Assembly (NCBI GenBank): GCA_041744275.1
Contig: JBGTLD010000026.1
Span: forward strand, 1-50,553
Length of the DNA: 50,553 nucleotides
From: Candidatus Saccharimonadales bacterium
GTDB lineage: Bacteria > Patescibacteriota > Saccharimonadia > Saccharimonadales > JBGTLD01
Reading direction: 5' to 3'
The position numbers were made by a program, and so were the translations under genes. Shown here in pieces: positions 20,757 to 28,520 of the stretch. The stretch's first letter is position 1. Each line of letters opens with the position of its first letter. The notes under the pieces were generated by a model. It worked only from the letters and a program-made list of their open reading frames with translations, ran no database searches and was not told the origin of the DNA.

Positions 20757-20844
20757 AAATGTATAGTAGCTGATTTTACTCACTTTCAAAACGCTGTTTT
20801 CGTGATCTGGTTACTATATGCGTTAATTTTGGTACGGAACGAAG

Positions 20845-20931
20845 TTAAGATGTAACGATTTTTTGGGCTTTCACGCCTCTTGAACCGTTAAATTCCCATC
20901 GCACGCGGTTGGATTTGTTTGCTTGTTTCAT
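20845..20931 (-). CDS. Putative 28-aa basic small protein MKQANKSNRVRWEFNGSRGVKAQKIVTS
   Basis: AAAGGGA SD-like sequence upstream of ATG and a -10-like element further upstream; below ORF-track cutoff. Confidence 0.4.
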   Translation of the reverse strand: MKQANKSNRVRWEFNGSRGVKAQKIVTS

Positions 20932-21076
20932 ATTGATTTCCTTTAAGTGTCTCTATAATACTAAGTGTTAATGGTTTCTGTCTGAGAAATAAATTACATT
21001 TCTGATGTTTTGGTATACTACAGAGCAGTTTGCTTAAGGAAAACACGAATGTTCGTGAGTAAATTGCTGTTATTTT

Positions 21077-21136
21077 GCCAATATAGCTCGTGTACGGCTT
21101 TCGTACAGTGGGGGTCGAGTCTCACTATTGGCTCCA
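21077..21136 (+). ncRNA. 60-nt tRNA-Thr-like mini/pseudo-tRNA lacking a D-arm
   Basis: Acceptor stem GCCAATA/TATTGGC plus TCCA; T-arm-like GTGGG..TCGAGT..CTCAC; single internal hairpin TGTACG/CGTACA. Confidence 0.6.
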
Positions 21137-21190
21137 TTTTTTTGTAGCGTTACTTTAAACTTTTACGATTAAGACTTACACTGAGGACAG

Positions 21191-21544
21191 ATGCATATCC
21201 CTAAAAATTATTTTCATGACCGTATCGTACTATTGTTGCTCAGCATCAATACATTTTTTGTATTGCTTTGTACGACGTTAATACTCCTCAAGATAGATTT
21301 TGGTCGTAGCGATGGATATATTGTGCAGTATCGTTCAAGCCTCGGTTTGGACGCGTTTAAAAGCGGTGGGGCAAGCAGAATCTTTGCGTTTGTTCTTTTT
21401 GCGCTGCTTATTTATGGTCTACACACGCTGATTAGTATGAAAGCGTATCACAAGAGGCGGCACTTCTCGTACGTCGTGCTTGCTATGTCGATACTGTTTT
21501 TGAGTATTGCAACAATTGTGAGTAACGCATTGTTGGAGGTGTAG
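21191..21544 (+). CDS. Hypothetical three-TM membrane protein
   Basis: 117-aa ORF with hydrophobic segments; 1 bp before the GT2 gene. Confidence 0.8.
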   Translation: MHIPKNYFHDRIVLLLLSINTFFVLLCTTLILLKIDFGRSDGYIVQYRSSLGLDAFKSGGASRIFAFVLFALLIYGLHTLISMKAYHKRRHFSYVVLAMSILFLSIATIVSNALLEV

Positions 21545-21545
21545 C

Positions 21546-23156
21546 GTGAAACGTATCGAAATCCCATACGTACATGAAAGAGGCCGAAGATATCGGTTCT
21601 TTGAAATGCTCCCTGGGCTGTTGAGCTGGTCGCTGTTATTACTGCCACTCACGCTGTCATTGATTGATCCTCGGCTTACCGTCACGTTCATCATCGCCTA
21701 TATGCTGCTTTGGTTTGTGAAGGCGGTGGGCTTAAATGTCCGTGCGATTCAAGGCTTCAAGAATATGGATCTTCATAAGTCTTTGCCATGGCAGCAAATG
21801 CTGAGCGAACTGAGCGAATCAAAAGTAGGACAGCCGCATAAGCACATACCATCGTGGCACTATGAGAACATTTTACGTGTTCAGGAAAATCCCACCCCTG
21901 TAGATCCAGACAATATTGTGCACGCAATCATCATCGCAACCTACAATGAGAGTAGGGAAGTGCTCGAGCCAACTGTTCAGTCAGTCATGAAGTCTGTCTA
22001 CGACATGAAAAAAGTTATTCTCGTGCTCGCATACGAAGAAAGAGGTGGGCCTCAGGTAGAAAAGCAAGCCAAGGAACTCATGCGTGAGTACAAAGATCAG
22101 TTCCAGCACACAATGGCCGTCAAGCATCCGAAGGATATGCCTGGAGAGGTGATTGGGAAGGGTGGTAACATCACATACGCTGGTCGTGAGTTGCAGAAAT
22201 ACGTAGAAAAGCAGGGTATTGATCCCTTGCACGTCATTGTGACCACGCTGGACGCCGACAACCGACCACACAAACACTATCTCAACGCGCTGAGTTATTT
22301 GTATTCAGTCACCCCAGACCCGCTTACAGTCTCGTACCAGCCGATACCGGTTTTTACGAACAATATATGGGACGCACCAGCACCAATGCGGGTGATAGCT
22401 ACAGGTAATACGTTCTGGAATGTCGTGCTTTCTATTCGCCCGCACATGATTCGTAATTTTTCATCGCATGCTCAGAGTTTGCAAACACTTATCGATACCG
22501 ATTACTGGAGTGTGCGGACTATTGTCGAGGACGGGCATCAGTTTTGGCGAACCTACTTTCGCTACGATGGCAACCACGAGGTGTATCCAATTTATCTGCC
22601 AATTTACCAGGATGCAGTACTGTCATCGACCTACGCAAAGACGTTAAAGGCGCAGTTTATACAGATACGGCGCTGGGCGTGGGGTGCATCGGATGTCGCG
22701 TATGTGCTAGAAAAGGGATACTTTACACCGAACAAACTTCCAAGGCTCGATTTATTGTTCAAGTTTTCTCGTCTTCTTGAGGGTCATGTGAGCTGGGCTA
22801 CCGCGCCGCTTATTCTGGCTTTTGCAGCGTTTATCCCAGTCCTTATAAATCCGCTCGATTTTGCATCGGTTCAGCTGCCAGAAATCGCAAGTCGTATCCA
22901 GAGGATTGCCCTTGGCGGTATTTTAATTACGCTGTTCTTGAGCCTTCGTTTGCTTCCACCAAAACCGGCGCGCTATAAAAAGCACCGTTCTGTGTTTATG
23001 GTGCTTCAATGGGTGTTGCTGCCTATAACCACAATCGGGTACAACAGCTTAGCGGCACTTAATTCCCAAACACGATTGATATTTGGGTGGTATCTCGGCA
23101 AGTTCGACGTCACAGACAAAGCCGTTATAACAGAAGACAAGCGTAGAATAACGTGA
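21546..23156 (+). CDS. Membrane-bound family 2 glycosyltransferase
   Basis: TYNES, KGGN, TTLDAD, VED and QIRRW (QxxRW) motifs with flanking TM helices. Confidence 0.88.
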   Translation: MKRIEIPYVHERGRRYRFFEMLPGLLSWSLLLLPLTLSLIDPRLTVTFIIAYMLLWFVKAVGLNVRAIQGFKNMDLHKSLPWQQMLSELSESKVGQPHKHIPSWHYENILRVQENPTPVDPDNIVHAIIIATYNESREVLEPTVQSVMKSVYDMKKVILVLAYEERGGPQVEKQAKELMREYKDQFQHTMAVKHPKDMPGEVIGKGGNITYAGRELQKYVEKQGIDPLHVIVTTLDADNRPHKHYLNALSYLYSVTPDPLTVSYQPIPVFTNNIWDAPAPMRVIATGNTFWNVVLSIRPHMIRNFSSHAQSLQTLIDTDYWSVRTIVEDGHQFWRTYFRYDGNHEVYPIYLPIYQDAVLSSTYAKTLKAQFIQIRRWAWGASDVAYVLEKGYFTPNKLPRLDLLFKFSRLLEGHVSWATAPLILAFAAFIPVLINPLDFASVQLPEIASRIQRIALGGILITLFLSLRLLPPKPARYKKHRSVFMVLQWVLLPITTIGYNSLAALNSQTRLIFGWYLGKFDVTDKAVITEDKRRIT

Positions 23157-23163
23157 GAGTTAG

Positions 23164-23562
23164 CTACAGCGGGTGATAGGCGGTGTAGTGCGTAAAGGCA
23201 ACCGAATCAAACCTCTTGAGTACCGCACGACACCCCACGATTACGTGTTCTCGGCTGATACTTCCCGATTGTTGCCGTAAAAGTTCTGTAATGATCGTGT
23301 CAACAAGTGCCGTAGCGTCGTCTAGGGCGGTTTTTCTATGCCGCAAGCTCTCATAAACGCTTATAAATAAAACATCGCGTGAAAACGGCTCTAAATCATG
23401 CAGAGCTTTGTACTTTATTGATTGTGAGAGGTCTACAGACTCAGTCGTGCTGAACAATGCACCGCACGACTGGCAGTGCCTACGCCGCCAAACACTATTG
23501 GTGCGTTTTTGTGGACGGGAATTCGTAACACGTGTTTCTGACTGACAATAAAGACAAACCAT
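23164..23562 (-). CDS. NrdR-like transcriptional regulator (Zn ribbon plus short ATP-cone-like region)
   Basis: MVCLYC..TRVTNSR..RRRHCQSCGALFSTTE; C-terminal LKRFDSVAFTHY. Confidence 0.75.
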   Translation of the reverse strand: MVCLYCQSETRVTNSRPQKRTNSVWRRRHCQSCGALFSTTESVDLSQSIKYKALHDLEPFSRDVLFISVYESLRHRKTALDDATALVDTIITELLRQQSGSISREHVIVGCRAVLKRFDSVAFTHYTAYHPL

Positions 23563-23720
23563 GACAACATATTGACATGACGCTATTATAAACACAAGTG
23601 GAAAACTTGTGCAGAGCTGTGGGAAACACTTGTTTTCACCTCTCAACTGGAGTTCTTACTCTGTAAATCTTGCAAAAGTGTAGTACTGCGTACATAAGAG
23701 GGGAATAAGCTAAAAAAATA

Positions 23721-23746
23721 AAAACACCGGCCTTATGACCGGTGTT
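23721..23746 (-). terminator. Intrinsic terminator of the small minus-strand ORF
   Basis: AACACCGG..CCGGTGTT hairpin with T run on the minus strand. Confidence 0.7.
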
Positions 23747-23764
23747 AATCACTCGCTGTATCTG

Positions 23765-23878
23765 TTACTTTGTAACAGTTCTGCGTGTGCGTCGTATGCG
23801 ACTGATTGATTTCGATGAAGGATGAAGCTCTTCGTAGAACAGCTTAAATCCTTCGAGCGAATTCTTTTTGGTACTCAA
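23765..23878 (-). CDS. 37-aa basic small protein MSTKKNSLEGFKLFYEELHPSSKSISRIRRTRRTVTK
   Basis: TTG start after GGGAGG SD, promoter upstream and terminator downstream. Confidence 0.6.
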   Translation of the reverse strand: MSTKKNSLEGFKLFYEELHPSSKSISRIRRTRRTVTK

Positions 23879-23908
23879 GTTTGAGCGCCTCCCAAAATTA
23901 ACTTCGCA

Positions 23909-23937
23909 ATCTTACCAGCCATTATCGATACTGTCAA
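23909..23937 (-). promoter_or_regulatory. Sigma70-type promoter
   Basis: TTGACA-17 bp-TAAGAT on the minus strand, with TG extension. Confidence 0.75.
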
Positions 23938-24459
23938 ATGAGAATTCTCACAATTGGTCCACCATAACAGATACAAAGAAATTAGAATAAACAGTCATCA
24001 CAAAATATTGTACGACGTCTTATCTTTCGCTCATTAGGTGTGACACGGAGTGGATACGTATGTATGAAAGGAATTTTATAAATGGAGTACATGTTGCTGA
24101 GATCAGGAATGTTTCGTGCAGATGCGCAGCCTAAGCTGATAGTCAGATACTGATGTAATTAAAGAATGCATTTTCACAATGCATCGTAGGGCCATTTAAA
24201 GTGAGATAACAACCATAATTATAAGAGTGTTCATGATGACTGACTCAAGTATTCATGAACTCATGAATTCCACATGGGTTTAATGATACGTAAAACAAAT
24301 GGTGTTACCGGGTTCGTTATCGCTGAGTGTATCTATGTATGCGTCCAAAGCCAGTTACTTCTTGATTATCATAGTACGCGTATCTGTAAGAATATATGTT
24401 CGTAATCAGTTAAGGACTACTCACTACCTCTGTCACTAAGGTTCGATCTGAATATAAAT

Positions 24460-24536
24460 TGGTGGGCAATATAGGATTCGAACCTATCACCTCCACAACG
24501 TCAATGTGGCGCTCTAGCCAAATGAGCTAATTGCCC
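24460..24536 (-). tRNA. tRNA-Val(GAC)
   Basis: Reverse complement GGGCAAT...CCACA-TT-GAC-GT-TGTGG...GGTTCGAATCC...ATTGCCC-ACCA. Confidence 0.95.
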
Positions 24537-24612
24537 AGAATCGGATCTAACAAGTCAGATTATACCTTGCGTAACACCGCTGTGCAAATACTTGTATCTG
24601 TTTATGACCCAT

Positions 24613-24652
24613 AATATTTCTATTTTACGCTATAGCTTGAAATAGAAATATT
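24613..24652. repeat. 40-bp near-perfect palindrome, copy 1 of the 42-bp repeat family
   Basis: AATATTTCTATTTTACGCTATAGCTTGAAATAGAAATATT; shares TACGCTATAGCTTGAAATAGAAATATTTT with 28228 onward. Confidence 0.9.
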
Positions 24653-24944
24653 TTATTTGGGCTTGGAAAAGAAAGGTATATCAGGAATGATATAAAAATA
24701 TAGTTAAGAATATTGTGTAAAAAACAATATAAAAGTACTAGCATCATACGGCTAGTATGCTATTATTAGTGCAGGTTGAGTTTTGGGAGAGGTTTTACCT
24801 CCCCTTTCCATGCACAATAAAACATCTTTGCGAGAGTGTTTTATTGTGCTTTTGTTTGTTTTGATTTGTGTGTATACTAATTACTAAGTTACTGAAAAAA
24901 GTATTCAGAAAACTAAAACAAACATCTTAAAACCAAAAGAAAAA

Positions 24945-27473
24945 ATGCTACAAAAATCGTTCTCGCAACGAATTAAATCTTTGTACAACCGGCAATTATT
25001 TTTAATAACCGGTGTCTTTTTATTTGTTTTGGTACCATTTATTACAGTTGTATATACATATACGCGCCCAAACCTTTCAACTGTCTCAGCCCAAGTTCCC
25101 GCCACTCTCAACTTCCAAGCTCGCCTTACCACTGGCGCTGGTGCCATCGTCCCCGATGGCACCTACAACGTAGAGTTCAAACTCTACGATGCCCTCACAG
25201 GTGGTACAAACCTCTGGACTGAAACCCGTCTCACTACAGACGCAGCTGCCTTGCGAGTTGTTGTCCGTGCCGGCTACCTCAGCGTTTACCTTGGTGACAA
25301 GACTCCGTTCGGTAGTATCAACTTCGGACAACAACTCTACCTCACCATGAACATTGGTGGTACAGCTGTAACCCCAACCTGGGACGGAGAGATGACACCA
25401 CGACTACGACTCACCAGCGTTCCATATGCCTTCAACACCAACCAACTCAACGGCCGAACCAGTGACCAATTCGTCCAACTTGATCCAGGAGCTACTCCAC
25501 AAACCACTAACACTACCAACAGTGCTATTGCCGTGAACCAGCAGGGGACAGGGAATATACTGCAGTTGCAGAGTAATGGTAACAACGCCCTCTTACTCCA
25601 AGCCAACGGTAACCTGACCATTGACCCGAATGCAGGCACTGATCCAACTTTCTTTATCGATGCAGTCAACAATAGGGTCGGCATCGGCACTGCCACTCCC
25701 GTAGCCCGCCTCTCGCTCGCTGGTAGCGGCTACGGTAACGGACTTGTCTTCAATAATTCACTTAGTACTGCTATTGGCCTAGAAGGCACAAATATACTAT
25801 CTGTTCTCAATAGCAACACAGGAGGCTCCATACAGGTCGCAGCTCAAGACTTTTTCAGAGTCGTTACTAACAGTAGCGAACGTCTCCGTGTTACCCAAGC
25901 CGGCAACGTCGGCATCGGCACTGCCAGCCCTAATTATCCACTTCATGTTCAAAGGAACTTTACTAATACAAATAATACTCACCAGATAGTCGTAGACCCT
26001 ACTTATACCTTTAATACCAACGGTGGTTACTTTAACTCGGGTATACAGTCGTACACAACGCTTGCCGGCACGGCCAATAATACTTTCAATTCATTAGGTA
26101 TGTACGCAGCAATAGACAACAGAAATACTGGCACATCTGCCAATGTAATCGCCGGGGCGTTTGAGGTTTATAACTATGCAGCCAGTGGCACCATTACCAA
26201 GGCTACCGGTGTAAATGGCTTCGTTGGCAACTTTGCCGGCGGCACAATCCAGGATGCTTATGGTGTATGGGCAGGTGTAGATAATGCTTTGGGTACGATT
26301 AATAACGCCTATGGTGTTTATATAGACGGCATACAAGGCACAAATACCTGGGGTCTTTACCAAGCTGATGCTACTGCCGATAACTACTTTGCTGGCAACG
26401 TTGGCATCGGCACTGCCACCCCAGACTTCAAGCTCGACGTCCGAGGCACCACACTCCTCTCGACTGGTGGTACTGCTCCTTTCGGGACTGCTTTTAACGA
26501 TCCAAGTACCGCTCTACTCCTCTATAGTGACTCTTCTTACTCTTATAATCTTATATTCGCTGACGGTTCAGCTGGCGGCTTTGTCGCCAATGATCTAACC
26601 TTCGGCTTTAAAAACCCTTCAGGTATATTCCAGGACGCATTCAGTCTCCTTCAGGAAACAAATGACTCAAATAACGTCGCCACTCGTACCTTCAGTATCT
26701 TTGACCCTGTAGCCGGCGCAAGACGCCTCAGAGTACGAGCAAATGGTAATATCGGCATTGGTGCTGGCGCCGTTACAACTACTCCAATCCCGAGTGTCCT
26801 GGCTGTTAGCGAAGGCCGGATAGGTGAATACATCACTACCCTTAGGAACACCAGTGCGACTGGTAACGGCCTATTGGTAGAAACCCAAGGTAACGCCACC
26901 ACTAACTTCGCTCTTCAAGTCAGAACAAACATTGGGGGTACCCCAATCGATGCGTTTACAGTACGCAATGACGGCCGTGTTGGCACCGGCACCACCACCC
27001 CAGGAGCTCGACTACACGTACAAAACACGAGTGCTGCAACCGTTGGATCTATTATCCAGGGGGCGGCTAGTCAGACGGCAGATTTGTTGCAGATAAAAAA
27101 TAGTGCTGGCGCTAATCTGGTCGTGGTGAATGCTGCTGGAAATGTAACGATTACGAACAATCTGACAGTAAATGGCTCGTTCACCCTGGGCGCTTCTGGC
27201 ACCCCACTTACCCAAATGCGGGTGTATACGCCAACACTTAATCCAGGATCAGTACCAGCAAGCTCGGCTGTAGAGCAGACCTATACTGTTACTGGACTTG
27301 CAGTTGGTGATATCGTGACCATTAATAAGCCTTCGCAAACAGGCAACTGTATAATCGGGAACGTGCGAGTTAGTGCAACGGATACACTTGCAGTTACGTG
27401 GGCAAACCCAGGTGCAATTGTCGCTTGTGACCCACCTTCAGAAACGTACATAGTAATGGCAGTACGGTCATAG
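24945..27473 (+). CDS. Membrane-anchored fibre/adhesin-like surface protein with GNVGIGT repeats
   Basis: N-terminal TM helix, LNFQARL..DGTYNVEFKLYD domain, repeated (G/N)(N/R)VGIGT modules typical of trimeric beta-fibres. Confidence 0.8.
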   Translation: MLQKSFSQRIKSLYNRQLFLITGVFLFVLVPFITVVYTYTRPNLSTVSAQVPATLNFQARLTTGAGAIVPDGTYNVEFKLYDALTGGTNLWTETRLTTDAAALRVVVRAGYLSVYLGDKTPFGSINFGQQLYLTMNIGGTAVTPTWDGEMTPRLRLTSVPYAFNTNQLNGRTSDQFVQLDPGATPQTTNTTNSAIAVNQQGTGNILQLQSNGNNALLLQANGNLTIDPNAGTDPTFFIDAVNNRVGIGTATPVARLSLAGSGYGNGLVFNNSLSTAIGLEGTNILSVLNSNTGGSIQVAAQDFFRVVTNSSERLRVTQAGNVGIGTASPNYPLHVQRNFTNTNNTHQIVVDPTYTFNTNGGYFNSGIQSYTTLAGTANNTFNSLGMYAAIDNRNTGTSANVIAGAFEVYNYAASGTITKATGVNGFVGNFAGGTIQDAYGVWAGVDNALGTINNAYGVYIDGIQGTNTWGLYQADATADNYFAGNVGIGTATPDFKLDVRGTTLLSTGGTAPFGTAFNDPSTALLLYSDSSYSYNLIFADGSAGGFVANDLTFGFKNPSGIFQDAFSLLQETNDSNNVATRTFSIFDPVAGARRLRVRANGNIGIGAGAVTTTPIPSVLAVSEGRIGEYITTLRNTSATGNGLLVETQGNATTNFALQVRTNIGGTPIDAFTVRNDGRVGTGTTTPGARLHVQNTSAATVGSIIQGAASQTADLLQIKNSAGANLVVVNAAGNVTITNNLTVNGSFTLGASGTPLTQMRVYTPTLNPGSVPASSAVEQTYTVTGLAVGDIVTINKPSQTGNCIIGNVRVSATDTLAVTWANPGAIVACDPPSETYIVMAVRS

Positions 27474-27567
27474 TAAAAGTGTCATTTGGAATATATATGT
27501 AGATACAGGGCTTTAATCTCAGGTTAAATCCTTTCACTCCACAACTGTTCATTGCGTGGATCTCTAC

Positions 27568-27609
27568 AAATATTTCTATTTCAAGCTATAGCGTATAATA
27601 AAAATATAA
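27568..27609 (+). repeat. Left 42-bp inverted repeat flanking the PaaX/Cas2-like gene
   Basis: AAATATTTCTATTTCAAGCTATAGCGTATAATAAAAATATAA is the exact reverse complement of 28214-28255. Confidence 0.95.
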
Positions 27610-27641
27610 ATTCCGTACCTTATGAGCACGGAGGCTAACTA

Positions 27642-28214
27642 CTACTTGAGGTTTAGGTGGGCGAATTGACGAAATAGTGCTTGTTCGTTATTTATGAACG
27701 AAGTTTCTATATAGGTAATGTACGACTCAAGCTCGTGGCTTGACGCGATCGTCTCGATGATTTCTTTGCAAGGGAAGGGGTGCAGCCATACGCTGCGCTG
27801 CAGCTGATAACAGCCTAGTTCACGGAGCTTTGAAGTCAGTGCATCTCGCCCGGCCTTGTGCTTTTCAGGTATGTCGTAGAATACGATTCGCCACTGCTTG
27901 TCCCAGCAGTCTGGTTGGTCGATTGCGAGTTCGTCAATGCTCCGCTGCGTTAGCCGCTCCCGAGCCTTGTCTGTAATCTCTAGTCCATGCTCGTAGCTTC
28001 CACTTACAAGGCCGTTGCTACGCATATAGGTTGTGAGCCTTTTAAGTTCGCGCTGCTTTCCGCGATCATCGAGTTTTGAGAAGTAATCTCTCAGCGGCTT
28101 GTCGAGTAGCTGTAGTGCATTCGGAGTAACTAGCATCGTAGCCGCCAGGCCGCCCATAGCTGCAACCCGGAGTAATCCATCAACTATAGGCGATATTTTT
28201 GTGCTTTTTGGCAT
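27642..28214 (-). CDS. PaaX-like protein (wHTH-like N-part plus Cas2/VapD-like ferredoxin domain), 190 aa
   Basis: WDKQWRIVFYDIPEKHKAGRDALTSKLRELGCYQLQRSVW motif; start at ATG 28214 (MPKSTK). Confidence 0.8.
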   Translation of the reverse strand: MPKSTKISPIVDGLLRVAAMGGLAATMLVTPNALQLLDKPLRDYFSKLDDRGKQRELKRLTTYMRSNGLVSGSYEHGLEITDKARERLTQRSIDELAIDQPDCWDKQWRIVFYDIPEKHKAGRDALTSKLRELGCYQLQRSVWLHPFPCKEIIETIASSHELESYITYIETSFINNEQALFRQFAHLNLK

Positions 28215-28255
28215 TATATTTTTATTATACGCTATAGCTTGAAATAGAAATATTT
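28214..28255 (-). repeat. Right 42-bp inverted repeat, abutting the start codon
   Basis: Exact reverse complement of 27568-27609; contains TATAAT 9 nt before the ATG. Confidence 0.95.
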
Positions 28256-28320
28256 TTATTGATATCTGATAGAAGGCGGTGATGTTGCAGAAATCTGAGA
28301 GGTGTTGGTATACTTTATAC

Positions 28321-28485
28321 GAGTGCTGATGTAGATTCACTACCTATGGAGCTTCGCTGGCATAACTGATGCGTGCGTTATCGCGATTAGTACAAGTAAA
28401 AGATTTCGGTGGAACCGCCTGGGGTAATCCTTGGGCCCGAAACGCGCAATACATATCTTATTTGATATACATAAGCGCGTTTTTT
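28321..28485 (+). promoter_or_regulatory. T-box riboswitch leader of thrS (short Stem I)
   Basis: T-box motif TTTCGG-TGGAACC-GCC with downstream GCCCGAAA partner; competing terminator AAACGCGC..GCGCGTTTTTT; Thr codons ACT/ACC in the 5' stem-loop; TGgTATACT -10 upstream. Confidence 0.75.
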
Positions 28486-28520
28486 ATATTTATAACTACT
28501 ATAAACAAAGGTTACATACC

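Noticed and set aside
21077-21136. tmRNA tRNA-like domain
   Set aside because: Lacks the G3-U70 alanine identity and ACCA end, and has no tag reading frame
23940-24459. Possible gene or pseudogene downstream of tRNA-Val
   Set aside because: No ORF of 60 aa or more, no recognisable motif and no tRNA-Val end duplication; cannot be supported
24613-24652. Chromosomal dif site
   Set aside because: No resemblance to the XerD arm TTATGTTAAAT; it is longer than 28 bp and present in three copies
27642-28214. CRISPR-Cas locus suggested by the Cas2-like motif
   Set aside because: No repeat-spacer array, cas1 or other cas genes in the window; the three repeats are far apart and in mixed orientation
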